This document shows positions 18,765 through 28,529 of a stretch of DNA of 37,780 nt, in pieces (the first letter of the stretch is position 1; every line of letters starts with the position of its first letter). The stretch comes from a virus (taxonomy: Duplodnaviria > Caudoviricetes). The notes beneath the pieces were generated by a model that was not told the DNA's origin, did no database searches, and saw nothing but the letters and a program-made list of their open reading frames with translations. The DNA is taken from IMG/VR virus record IMGVR_UViG_3300004241_000313, positions 1 through 37,780 of that record; one strand, given 5' to 3'. The translations under genes were made by a program, and so were the position numbers.

Positions 18765-19203
18765 TATTGAAATCAGAATCGATAATCAAGCTGTGGAAGA
18801 AGCGCTTTTGAAAGTTGCAAGTAGATGCGAAGACCTGCGACCTTTGATGAAAAACATCGCAGGTATTATGGCAGATGCTGTTGAAGAAAACTTTGAGCAA
18901 GAAGGTCGACCTGATAAATGGCAGGAACTTGCTGAATCTACAATCAAAAAACGAAAGAAAACAAAGCACTGGCCAGGTAGAATCTTGCAGGTCGAAGGGC
19001 AACTGGCAACCTCTATTACAACTCAGTACGATAATGGAAGCGCCGTTATCGGTTCCAATTTAGTATACGCAGCAATTCATCAACTCGGCGGCAATGCTGG
19101 CAAAAGTAAAAAAGTTGAAATTCCGTCAAGACCTTATTTGAAAATTACAGATGTTGAAAAAAGTAATATTCTTGAGGAAATTTTGCGATATTTAAATCAC
19201 TAA
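18754..19203 (+). CDS. Virion morphogenesis protein (Mu gpG-like)
   Basis: NFEQEGRP..W..L..ST, IL...G.L..SI, GSNLVYAAIHQLGG, IPSRPYL motifs. Confidence 0.92.
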   Translation: MADNIEIRIDNQAVEEALLKVASRCEDLRPLMKNIAGIMADAVEENFEQEGRPDKWQELAESTIKKRKKTKHWPGRILQVEGQLATSITTQYDNGSAVIGSNLVYAAIHQLGGNAGKSKKVEIPSRPYLKITDVEKSNILEEILRYLNH

Positions 19204-20177
19204 AATGGTATTTCAAAATCTTCCTCTTGGGGTACTTGAACTTGAGGTTTTATTGGAGCATAAGAGCTCAATTTTTTAATCAGTTCTCCGGAAAGAGCAT
19301 TTACACCTTCAGAATTATTTAAGTATTTAAGTACCCTGTGTTGTAATAAATCGGAGGGAACATCATCAATTGACTGTGATATAGGTATAACAATTTTGCC
19401 CAATGTATGAGCAATACCAGTTTCATACATAACATTTGGGTTTTTACCCGTAAAGTCAACTATTACAATTTTTGAGGTATAAATTAAATCAAAAATATCC
19501 TGAATAAATGTACTATTGTCCCAAATATCATCCGCTCTTTTACATTCAAAATTTACTGTATCACATGCATTTTTAATAGAAGAATAAATATTGTCAAACC
19601 CTTTAAAGGGCATCATTACAGACACTAAATTATCCTGTATAGATTTTTCAGGGACTTTAAACACACTAGGTGCAAATTCTATTTTTTGTTTAATATCGTT
19701 TTCTTTGACATCGGATGAGACAAAAACACTATTGAGTCCTTTAATAGAAACTTTATATGAACTTTCATCAAAAATAACTTCATATTGAGAATGCTGTAAA
19801 ACCTTATTTATCTCAGTAACAGCATTTTTAAAATGTTGTATAGTTTGTTCTTCAGGAATATCAAAATAAGTATTTTTACGTTCGTTGAAGCTTTGGATAA
19901 AATACCTGATATCAAATAAATTTTTTATAACTTCAATTGTTTTTCTTGAAATTGTATTATTTGAGATTAATTCTTGTTCGTTTATTTCTTTAAGAGCCTC
20001 TAATACCCACCATTTTCTTGTTGAACCATCGTGGCAATATGGAAGATTTATATCTCTAAAAAAGCTTGTTAAATATGAAGAACTTCTATAAGGAAAATCT
20101 TTATATGGCGGGTTATTTCCACAAATCATATCAGCTAATGTATCAAGTGTATAATCTCTTAATTTGTTTTGGTCCAT
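19200..20177 (-). CDS. Putative defence protein: AbiJ-N-like N-terminus plus nucleoside deoxyribosyltransferase/TIR-like domain
   Basis: N-terminal LADMICG...YRSSSYLTSFF...HDGSTRKWW; C-terminal V.MPF...RADD...IVDFTGKNPNVMYETGIAHTLGK. Confidence 0.7.
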   Translation of the reverse strand: MDQNKLRDYTLDTLADMICGNNPPYKDFPYRSSSYLTSFFRDINLPYCHDGSTRKWWVLEALKEINEQELISNNTISRKTIEVIKNLFDIRYFIQSFNERKNTYFDIPEEQTIQHFKNAVTEINKVLQHSQYEVIFDESSYKVSIKGLNSVFVSSDVKENDIKQKIEFAPSVFKVPEKSIQDNLVSVMMPFKGFDNIYSSIKNACDTVNFECKRADDIWDNSTFIQDIFDLIYTSKIVIVDFTGKNPNVMYETGIAHTLGKIVIPISQSIDDVPSDLLQHRVLKYLNNSEGVNALSGELIKKLSSYAPIKPQVQVPQEEDFEIPF

Positions 20178-20196
20178 TTGTTTTTCCTTTAGTCTT

Positions 20197-21213
20197 TTAT
20201 AAAGTTCTTTTAACGGTGAATTTTTCTGTGCTTGCTTCTAAATCAATCTCAAAATCAACCGTGAATGAATAACTTTTACTTTGGCTTTCATACCCTAAGT
20301 TACAATGATCTAGACTCAATAATAACTCCAGATCTACAAAACCTTCAAGTTTTTCAGATTGAATGTAGGTATTATCAAAAATTTCTTCTGGAGGCAATAT
20401 ATTGTCAGTTATTATTAAATTGTTGATGTGAATTTCATCCTCAAGGATTATAAAGTCTTCAGCTTTCAGTTCGTCTTCTACTTCACTAATCAGTCTAGGT
20501 GTTAATTCTTGATATATAAAATTCTCTCCAATATCAAAAAAATAATTTTCGCAAACGTCGCATTTACAAGATTTAACTTCATCATCATAGTATGATTCAA
20601 TACTTATCGTTGCATTATACCCACAGAAACAACAAGTTTGCATTGTATATTTATTTGGATATTTTTCTATTAAAATATTTGATTTTTCTTTTAAAAATTC
20701 ATTATTTCCTTTTATTTTTCTATCTATAAGTTTAATATCCTGATCAAAACTTATAAAAATATCTTTCCACTGTTTTTGCAGTAAAAACAACATATAATAC
20801 CAAGCTTTGTAGAGAACTTGGAGTAACTTTTTCTTTTCTTTGGCTATGTCCGTTATCGGGAAATGAACAAGTTTATTTCTTTCCTCTTTTATTTCTTTGA
20901 AATTGTATTCATACTTGTTAGGTAAGTCTTTAAATAAATTTCTAATTCTAGTAGCTGCATCATTTAGATATACAGATTGAGAGGCTCCATTTTTAAAGTT
21001 CTCAAAAGTAGATTTGCCATGCTCAAAATTACTTATCACAAGAGACCAGTGCTCGTTTAACAACCTTGCTTTAAAAAGTAGTTCTAGTGCTGTATAAAAA
21101 TAAATGATTGAATACTGTGGTTCATCAAGTAAATCAAGGGATTTATTGATGTATTCAAACATATTTTTAACAATTGGCTCAAAATAGTCCTCTTTAGGCT
21201 TATTTTTTGGCAA
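20197..21213 (-). CDS. HEPN-like protein with CxxC/CxxC zinc ribbon
   Basis: ALELLFKARL helix, RNKLVH (R-x4-H) motif, CCFC and CDVC; TTG start with AAGGA RBS. Confidence 0.65.
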   Translation of the reverse strand: MPKNKPKEDYFEPIVKNMFEYINKSLDLLDEPQYSIIYFYTALELLFKARLLNEHWSLVISNFEHGKSTFENFKNGASQSVYLNDAATRIRNLFKDLPNKYEYNFKEIKEERNKLVHFPITDIAKEKKKLLQVLYKAWYYMLFLLQKQWKDIFISFDQDIKLIDRKIKGNNEFLKEKSNILIEKYPNKYTMQTCCFCGYNATISIESYYDDEVKSCKCDVCENYFFDIGENFIYQELTPRLISEVEDELKAEDFIILEDEIHINNLIITDNILPPEEIFDNTYIQSEKLEGFVDLELLLSLDHCNLGYESQSKSYSFTVDFEIDLEASTEKFTVKRTL

Positions 21214-21215
21214 CT

Positions 21216-22376
21216 TTATCTATCCTTTCTTACAATTTCTTTTTTATCCCTGTCATATTTATAATTAACGACTTCTCCGGAAATTATTAGGTTAATGGCT
21301 TGGTTAATTATTTCATAAGGAACAGAGAACCATTCCCTAGGTGTTCTTCGAACACCGTTTTTGTCAGTAATATCAATGCTAACGCAACAATGACCCAAAA
21401 AATTATGTAATAGCAACTCAAACTTTTGGGTATTCATGTTAAATGTTTTATATTCTGCAACTATTCTAACAGGCGCCATTAAATATGTTGGTTCTTGCTC
21501 TGCGTTTTTTATTCGCTGCAAAACAGGAGTTGTTGAAAAACCAATCTTATATAAATCTGCAATTGACTGAATTTTTTCATCTGGACTTAACGATTGTAAG
21601 ATATAAATGTATCCTGATTCTTTATCTTCTTCAGTTATACCTGCAAATTTATCTAATACTTTTTCAGTCACAGGAGAAACCCTTTTTCCATCACGATAAA
21701 GAGCCCTTGCTAGTGAACGATTTAAAATATCTGACTCAGTGCCATTATCGTAAATGCAACGCAATCTTGCTCTACGTTTCCCATTTACATATTCAAATTC
21801 GCCAACTTCTGCAATATAAACTAAAACACCTTTAAGGACAAAAAACATTCCAACTTCGATGGCTTGTTCTTTTTGGAATGGTGACAAATCTCTTTTGCCT
21901 TCTTTAATTTCTTGGTGACACTGAACAAATAGCGGCTCGAATTTTTCAAAATCTTTGCAATGTTTGTGTCGTCCGATGTAATCCGGCATATTTATTTCTT
22001 TTGGAAGATGTTTTAGTGTAAATAAATCATCTTCATCATCGTCAAACATTCCGAAATTGTCATCTTTGAATATATCCTCAATTGAATTGATTTCTTTTGT
22101 AATAACACTCAGTAAATTATACCTGTCATATTCGGCTAGAGCTTCTTTTTTGCAATCGTCTACTCTAAAGCTTTGCAGCCTATAAGCCAAGGTTCGTTCT
22201 AAAATATCGTCAGAATCTTTTGGCTCGTGTCCCGTTTTATCAAAAAAGTCATTTATTTCTTCAAATTTGCTAATTAATCTTTCATCTGCACTGCACACGT
22301 TACAAACTTTTGGTTTTACATCCAAAAGCCCAAATTCATCTTCTTCAATTAATTTCTGTAATTCATCAGGATTCAA
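21216..22376 (-). CDS. YeeC-like GIY-YIG/T5orf172 nuclease
   Basis: GYIYIL...LYKIGFS...RI.NA..EPTYLMAPV, E..LH, PREWF.VP motifs. Confidence 0.85.
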   Translation of the reverse strand: MNPDELQKLIEEDEFGLLDVKPKVCNVCSADERLISKFEEINDFFDKTGHEPKDSDDILERTLAYRLQSFRVDDCKKEALAEYDRYNLLSVITKEINSIEDIFKDDNFGMFDDDEDDLFTLKHLPKEINMPDYIGRHKHCKDFEKFEPLFVQCHQEIKEGKRDLSPFQKEQAIEVGMFFVLKGVLVYIAEVGEFEYVNGKRRARLRCIYDNGTESDILNRSLARALYRDGKRVSPVTEKVLDKFAGITEEDKESGYIYILQSLSPDEKIQSIADLYKIGFSTTPVLQRIKNAEQEPTYLMAPVRIVAEYKTFNMNTQKFELLLHNFLGHCCVSIDITDKNGVRRTPREWFSVPYEIINQAINLIISGEVVNYKYDRDKKEIVRKDR

Positions 22377-22378
22377 TG

Positions 22379-24310
22379 CTATACTCCTTGTTTTCTTCTT
22401 AGGTTTTTCAAGAATATAATAGCCTCAGCCATCTTTTTCTCAAGCGGATCTAATGAATTTATATCAGGAGTTTTATGAGTTTTATTTTTGTACTCAACTG
22501 CCTTTTTATAATAATAGATAGCTTGTTCTTCAGACAACTGTATTCTTGTAGATTCAATAGCATCTTGAATAACTTTAAGCGTTTTTGTCGTAACTGATTT
22601 TGACAATATCTCAAATGCGTGTTGGAAGGGGTTAATTTTATCAATCATATCTATACTTAGCTCATCAATATTTATAAACTGATTTGCCATAACAATAAAC
22701 TTTTTGTCCCCTACTGGAGAATCTTCAAATCTTCCGTTTTTAATTGCTGAATCTGCAACAACGTATTGTCTTACTTCTTCAACTTGTTCTGCTGTTAATT
22801 CAGGATATGTAGTTTGAATAATCTTAGGAATCAAAACTTTATTAATAACTTCTGCATCAACATTTCCCGGTAAAGCTCTTACGATTTGGTCGTCCTGTAA
22901 TATTTTAGCTTTAATGTCGTTCAAGTCAGATCCAATTATATCCTTAACTCTTTGTGATGATGGCTGTTTGAAGCCTCTGATTTTTATTTCACCTTTTTTT
23001 GTGGGCTCTGTATCATCTGTAAGTCGGGTTTTAAACTTGAAATTAGGAGCCAAAACCTGTTCCATCAATAATGAACAAGTTATAGCTTTTAACATATTGT
23101 TAACTGCGACTGTCACGTCATCATTGGCTGCATCAGGCTGTGCTATGAGATTTGTAAATTGTGCATGTGTTTTATTATCGCTATCTCTTGTACAGCGACC
23201 AATTATCTGAATCACTTCGGTTAAAGAACTACGGTAACCGACAGTTAATGCGTGTTCGCAGTAGGGCCAGTCGAAGCCTTCTTTTGCCATTCCCAGTGCA
23301 ATTATTATGTCAATCGCGTCTAAACTGTCGCTTTCTCTCAAATAATTTTGAATTTTATCTCTATTAGCGGATACATCATCAACCAAATCTGCAACTTTTA
23401 TTATCTTATTATCGCCATGACGTTTAACAAAAAGTACACCTGTTTCATGGTCTTGGTATTCGACTTCGCCAATAATATCAAGAATTCTAATTACTTCTTG
23501 ATATTTATCTCCAGTTGATTCTAAGGAGTTTACATTTGGAATGTGAATAATTGTTTTTTTGTCGGAATCCAAAATCTCGCCAATTGCTGATAAATATCTA
23601 CCTTGGTAAAAATGATACCCGATTCCAAGCGATTTTAAATAATTATATCCATTTAGCTGTTCATAATAGTTGTAAGTAACTTTGTCGAACTTAGCTTCAT
23701 CTTCAGGTGCTAAAACAGGCAAACCATCGCCTCTAAAATATGAACCTGTCATTGCAACAACATGAGCCGTTGATTTATTCGTAATTGAATGCAATAATTC
23801 GCCCAATTTGCTGCTGTCTTTATCCGCTGAAACATGGTGAAATTCATCTATTGCAAGTAAGCAATCATTAAATTTACTTTCTTCAATTTGTTCATAAGCA
23901 AAGCGTAATGTAGCATGAGTGCAGATTAGAATTTTTTCGCCGTTATTCATAAATTTTTTAAAAGCTTCAACTAAACTTTTTTCTTCACTGGGGGTGCATA
24001 GATTGTATCTGTCATCAGGATTCCAATCTGCATAAAACCCGAATTCTGATAATTTTGCAGGAGCAAAAGAAGCTCCGATTGAGCGTTCAGGAACGGCAAT
24101 AATAACCTTTTTTAAATTTTGCTTTAACAGTTTGTCGAGTGCGATAAACATTAGGGCCCGAGATTTGCCTGATGCAGGAGGTGCTTTTAAAAGTAAATAT
24201 TTGGAATTTCTGGCCGCAAATGCACGTTCTTGCATTTGTCGCATTCCAAACTTATTAGTATTTGTGCTTTCACCAGTTTGTTGATATTCCACTTTTATTA
24301 AATCAGGCAT
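22379..24310 (-). CDS. YeeB-like superfamily 2 helicase/ATPase
   Basis: APPASGKS Walker A, DEFHH Walker B, MTGS, KEGFDWP, QIIGRCTR. Confidence 0.9.
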   Translation of the reverse strand: MPDLIKVEYQQTGESTNTNKFGMRQMQERAFAARNSKYLLLKAPPASGKSRALMFIALDKLLKQNLKKVIIAVPERSIGASFAPAKLSEFGFYADWNPDDRYNLCTPSEEKSLVEAFKKFMNNGEKILICTHATLRFAYEQIEESKFNDCLLAIDEFHHVSADKDSSKLGELLHSITNKSTAHVVAMTGSYFRGDGLPVLAPEDEAKFDKVTYNYYEQLNGYNYLKSLGIGYHFYQGRYLSAIGEILDSDKKTIIHIPNVNSLESTGDKYQEVIRILDIIGEVEYQDHETGVLFVKRHGDNKIIKVADLVDDVSANRDKIQNYLRESDSLDAIDIIIALGMAKEGFDWPYCEHALTVGYRSSLTEVIQIIGRCTRDSDNKTHAQFTNLIAQPDAANDDVTVAVNNMLKAITCSLLMEQVLAPNFKFKTRLTDDTEPTKKGEIKIRGFKQPSSQRVKDIIGSDLNDIKAKILQDDQIVRALPGNVDAEVINKVLIPKIIQTTYPELTAEQVEEVRQYVVADSAIKNGRFEDSPVGDKKFIVMANQFINIDELSIDMIDKINPFQHAFEILSKSVTTKTLKVIQDAIESTRIQLSEEQAIYYYKKAVEYKNKTHKTPDINSLDPLEKKMAEAIIFLKNLRRKQGV

Positions 24311-25098
24311 TAATTTTCCTCCTTAGATACTTTTTCGAGTCCTAAATTCAATTGAATTTGGCTCAATGGCTCAAATGATTTATTTGTAATATTGCTTTCT
24401 TGAATATGCTGTGTATTAAATTGTTCAGTATAAATATTATGATGCTTAATTACCCAATTCACTTTTGATAAAATTTTTAAATCGGAGCTATTATCTCTTT
24501 TTAATTTCTTTAATTGCCTTTTACAAAGACGGATGTCAGATTCTTCTAGTTTTTTTGTTTCATAAAAATTAATATATCGAATATTATCTGAATCTAAAAC
24601 AGTTCTGTTATTATTAGAAAAATACTTTTGATATTTCTCTTCTAAAGAATTATTTAAAATAATTCTTGGAAAATGAGCAATTTCTTCTTCCATTTTTAAT
24701 ACATCAAGTAAACCTTTGCCATAAGCAAAGTTTTTATTTACAAAAATTTCTCCGATTGTAATTCCGCCTCTTGTTAAAATTCCTTCTTTTAGTGCCCTAA
24801 GTTGTATTTCAGCACAAATTATTATAACTTCATCTAGCGCACAAGTAACTTGCATATCAGTTGCATTCGCAGATACCGCAAAAACAATATTGTCAGAAAA
24901 ACTTCGAATTTTTATTTCTTTCAAAAAATGATTATCTTGATTTGATTTGTTTTTTTTTGCAACTTGCTGTTCTATGTAGTCATATAAGGATTTTAAAAAC
25001 ATTAAATGTTTATGGTCAACATCATTTTTAATTTTTTCTTGAGTGCCTAAAAAATCTATATATGCAATTATGTGTTTTGTTGGCTTTATTCCATTCAT
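24310..25098 (-). CDS. Class III nucleotidyl cyclase-like domain protein
   Basis: IAYIDFLG (metal Asp), SFSDNIV (second Asp), RGGITIGE, YGKGL...E...A.FPRII. Confidence 0.7.
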   Translation of the reverse strand: MNGIKPTKHIIAYIDFLGTQEKIKNDVDHKHLMFLKSLYDYIEQQVAKKNKSNQDNHFLKEIKIRSFSDNIVFAVSANATDMQVTCALDEVIIICAEIQLRALKEGILTRGGITIGEIFVNKNFAYGKGLLDVLKMEEEIAHFPRIILNNSLEEKYQKYFSNNNRTVLDSDNIRYINFYETKKLEESDIRLCKRQLKKLKRDNSSDLKILSKVNWVIKHHNIYTEQFNTQHIQESNITNKSFEPLSQIQLNLGLEKVSKEEN

Positions 25099-25137
25099 TA
25101 AGTTTTCATACTCCTTTTGGACGCATATGCTTAGTCA

Positions 25138-27912
25138 TTATAGCAGGCATAATTGTTCGATATCTCCTTTTTTCTCAGGATTGGTCATTATTTCATACAT
25201 TTTGAATAGATATTCTAAACGTTTTTCATCACTTTCAAATGGTTTTGAGCGGTAGCAAAGTTCGATTGCAATGTCCAAATCGTGGTGAGCTCTTTTTAAA
25301 CATTCAGGCATCTTATCCGGATCGTATAATTCTGCAATTGTTTTTTCAGAGTGGTTTTCACGCTCCATAAGAACTTCATTGACATGCATTTCAATTTTTT
25401 TCTTTTGATTATCGCTAATTTCAGGAAATGGGAACGTATTGTAACAAAGAAAAATAGAGTATCGAAAATCTGTTCTCATTCTTCCTGCAAAAGTTTTAAC
25501 CCAAGACATATGCATTTTTGAAGACAAAACCCCAAAAACAAGGGCATTTGCATCATATATGACTTGTGCAGAATTTGGAACAATAGTGCCTTGAGGCAGA
25601 AATCCAATAGGAATATATTCTCTTCTTTGTGACGATACAATCGGGACAATTAATGAATTGTTTTTACATTCAAAAAATTCACGAAATTGATGAGCACGTT
25701 CTGCTTGACTGTGTAGTGTTGTATCTTTACTATTCATTCTATAATTGCGAACGTTATCTACAGCCGTTTTTATTTCGGGAATTTTTAACGCTTCTTCTAA
25801 TCTTTTATCAGAAATCCAATAACAATAGCGCTCTCTTTCATTAATAAATTCATCTGAACCGATTTGTCTTCTGATAAATTCTTTTGCTTGTGGAGATTTT
25901 AAAATTAAATTTTCTTTTTCTTGAGGAGAAAGCCTTAAATATTCCTTATCATTTGGCATATTACCTCTTCTCATATAAGGTAAATTACTTATCTGTTCAG
26001 TCCGTTTTTCAATTGTATAATTTTGCCCTTGAGATAGAGTTGGTGAAATATTTTCAGTAAGTAATACTTGTGAGGCAGTGTAAATAAATTTATTTTTATT
26101 AGAGAGGTTTCTTAATCCAATAATAACAACAGTAATACCTGCGTTATGTTTTGCATTATTTCCCCACTTGAAATCTTCATAGGCAAAACCCATTTCTATA
26201 CCCTCATTTAGAATTGAGTTCCATAAGATAGAAATTTGCTCTCCTTGGCAAATAGAATTTGTACTTACAAATGCACAGCTTGCATTTATGCCAGTAATAT
26301 ATTTTGATGCTTTATAAAACCAAATGGCAATATAATCTAATTTTCTATAGCTTGTAACATTTGAAAGAGCATAGTCCATATCGCATTTGTGAATCTCTTT
26401 TTGATTACGACTACCCAAATACGGCGGATTCCCAAGAATATAAATTTCATTCTCTTGCCCTTGTAATTCAAGTTGTTTAGTTTGTTGAATTTCTAATAGG
26501 GTCATTTGTTCCATTTTTGATTTAGTAATGCCTCTAATCCCTTTCGGACAAACTTTTCCCCAATCTAATCTTGTAGCATTGCCACAAACAATATTGCCAC
26601 TAGCCGCAAGTGGTAGTGATGGCTTGCAGTCATTGAACAATTCTTTAAACTTTCTATTCATTTGGTGTTCTGCAAGCCATAGAGAAAGAGTTGCAATTTC
26701 ACACGCAAAATCATCAATTTCTATTCCATAAAAATGGTTAAGCTGAATTTGTGAAAACATAAAAGGGTGTTGTCCCGGTAGCTCTTTAATTCTCTGAATA
26801 ATCTCCATTTCAAGTTTTCTTAATTCCTTGTACGCAATAATTAAAAAGTTACCGCTTCCGCAAGCAGGGTCGAAAATTTTAATGTTATAAATTCTATGGC
26901 GCAATTTATCCAGCTTTTTTTCATCATTAAACGCTTTCTCAAATTCTTGTTTCAGGTCATTCAAAAACAGTGGCTCAATAACTTTCATAATGTTGGGAAC
27001 AGATGTATAGTGTTGCCCAAGACCGCTTCTGACCTCAGCACTCGCCACAGCTTGAAACATCGAACCGAAGATGTCGGGATTAATTTCTTTCCAATCCTCA
27101 TTGCCACATTCAATCATTAAACTCTTGATTTTTGCAGACATCTTAGGGATCGAATGTTTTTCAGAAAATAATTTTCCGTTAACATAAGGAAATTTATGCA
27201 AATAATTTGGGTATGTCGATTTATCTTCTTTATCTAGTGATTCGAATAATTGGTCTAGGAAAATATCTAAATCGCTACCGTCATCTTTGGAGCCATCTGA
27301 TAGCGTTTTTGTAAAAAGCTGTTCCCCGTCAAATATTCCTGTATCTTCAGCAAAGAAACAAAACAAAAGTCTTGTTAAAAATATATTCAATGCGTGATTG
27401 TGATTCGATGTTAATTCAGGATTTAGCCTGACAATTTCATCATAAATCTTAGCCATTTTTTCAGCGGCTCTTACATCTGCTATATTTTCAAGAGGTGCTA
27501 TATATTTTTCTTTACCAGTCCAAGGAAGAAAAAAATCAGAATGTTTGTATAGCTCTTTTAGTGGTGTGTCTAATGTTTCTTTGGTTTTTGTATCAATAGC
27601 CAACATGTTTTCAAAATTAGTTACAATTATAAATCTTGGTTTATGTGTATAAGTTTGTTTTTCATTTTTTAAATTATCTATTATTGAATATAAGTCTTTA
27701 GACTCAGTTGATTCAAAAAATATTTTTTTCTTTAAAATAAGCTGATTAGCTTTCTTTGAGAGGTTTGAATTTCCTTTTTTAACCAAAGTTATAGTTGTTT
27801 TGGAAATTCCATAAGCTAATAAAAGTTCAAAAATGAAATTTTCTTTGAAATTATCATCGCCATACTGTTCAAGTATTTTTTTTAGATTTTCTTCAACTTT
27901 TGCTACATTCAT
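25138..27912 (-). CDS. YeeA/MmeI-family N6-adenine DNA methyltransferase with target recognition domain
   Basis: RLLFCFFAEDTGIF, FPYVNG.LF, PDIFGSMFQ, G.HYTS, DPACGSGNF, GNPPY, YNTFPFP; no clear N-terminal PD-ExK site. Confidence 0.92.
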   Translation of the reverse strand: MNVAKVEENLKKILEQYGDDNFKENFIFELLLAYGISKTTITLVKKGNSNLSKKANQLILKKKIFFESTESKDLYSIIDNLKNEKQTYTHKPRFIIVTNFENMLAIDTKTKETLDTPLKELYKHSDFFLPWTGKEKYIAPLENIADVRAAEKMAKIYDEIVRLNPELTSNHNHALNIFLTRLLFCFFAEDTGIFDGEQLFTKTLSDGSKDDGSDLDIFLDQLFESLDKEDKSTYPNYLHKFPYVNGKLFSEKHSIPKMSAKIKSLMIECGNEDWKEINPDIFGSMFQAVASAEVRSGLGQHYTSVPNIMKVIEPLFLNDLKQEFEKAFNDEKKLDKLRHRIYNIKIFDPACGSGNFLIIAYKELRKLEMEIIQRIKELPGQHPFMFSQIQLNHFYGIEIDDFACEIATLSLWLAEHQMNRKFKELFNDCKPSLPLAASGNIVCGNATRLDWGKVCPKGIRGITKSKMEQMTLLEIQQTKQLELQGQENEIYILGNPPYLGSRNQKEIHKCDMDYALSNVTSYRKLDYIAIWFYKASKYITGINASCAFVSTNSICQGEQISILWNSILNEGIEMGFAYEDFKWGNNAKHNAGITVVIIGLRNLSNKNKFIYTASQVLLTENISPTLSQGQNYTIEKRTEQISNLPYMRRGNMPNDKEYLRLSPQEKENLILKSPQAKEFIRRQIGSDEFINERERYCYWISDKRLEEALKIPEIKTAVDNVRNYRMNSKDTTLHSQAERAHQFREFFECKNNSLIVPIVSSQRREYIPIGFLPQGTIVPNSAQVIYDANALVFGVLSSKMHMSWVKTFAGRMRTDFRYSIFLCYNTFPFPEISDNQKKKIEMHVNEVLMERENHSEKTIAELYDPDKMPECLKRAHHDLDIAIELCYRSKPFESDEKRLEYLFKMYEIMTNPEKKGDIEQLCLL

Positions 27913-27947
27913 TTTTAAACTCCAAGAACCACTTATTTTATGTTCAA

Positions 27948-27956
27948 ATTATACCA
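27948..27956 (-). promoter_or_regulatory. Extended -10 promoter for defence operon
   Basis: TGGTATAAT (TGnTATAAT) on the minus strand, 35 nt upstream of the ATG at 27912. Confidence 0.6.
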
Positions 27957-28079
27957 CGGACAAAGAGTTTGAACGTTTTATTACAAATCAATTTACTCAA
28001 AATGGGATAAAGGTTAGTAGTTATGGCATTAATGATTTGTAAACCTTTATTTATTGCTTTCAAACTAAGCGTGTCATTA

Positions 28080-28088
28080 TGCTATAAT
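28080..28088 (+). promoter_or_regulatory. Extended -10 promoter for repeat-protein gene
   Basis: TGCTATAAT followed by GGAGG RBS and ATG 28110. Confidence 0.6.
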
Positions 28089-28109
28089 GGCACCTATCGG
28101 AGGTGTATT

Positions 28110-28529
28110 ATGAAAAAAGTTTTTATCGCATTACTAGCTTTTGTATTAACAACAGGCATTGGTTTCGCCAAAACAACTAATTCTTATGACAAATCGGGCA
28201 ATAAAACCGGTTCTTATAGGGAAACTTCTTCAGGCACAATTAACAAGTATGACAGAAGTGGAAATAAAGTCGGCTCCTATAAAACATCTGGCGAAAGAAC
28301 TTATCTCTACGACAAATCCGGAAATAAAACAGGTTCTTACAAAACAAGCAGAAGCACCACTTATAGTTACGATAAATCGGGAAATAAAACCGGTTCTTAT
28401 AAATCCAGTGGTAGCAGAACGAATGCCTATGACAAAAGTGGAAATAAGACAGGTTCTTATAAAAAAGACTCTTCAGGTCGAATAACGGAATATGACAAAT
28501 CAGGAAATAGAGTCGGCAGCTACAGATAG
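28110..28529 (+). CDS. Secreted tandem-repeat protein (6 x YDKSGNKTGSY)
   Basis: Signal peptide MKKVFIALLAFVLTTGIGFA; six 20-21 aa repeats. Confidence 0.85.
   Translation: MKKVFIALLAFVLTTGIGFAKTTNSYDKSGNKTGSYRETSSGTINKYDRSGNKVGSYKTSGERTYLYDKSGNKTGSYKTSRSTTYSYDKSGNKTGSYKSSGSRTNAYDKSGNKTGSYKKDSSGRITEYDKSGNRVGSYR

Noticed and set aside
24310-25098. Calling the locus Pycsar or CBASS
   Set aside because: No recognisable cNMP-binding, SAVED or STING receptor and no CD-NTase motif; only the cyclase-like fold is supported.
28180-28525. ~60 nt periodic repeats resembling a CRISPR array
   Set aside because: The repeats are in-frame with synonymous variation inside a signal-peptide ORF, so they are protein repeats; no cas genes are present.
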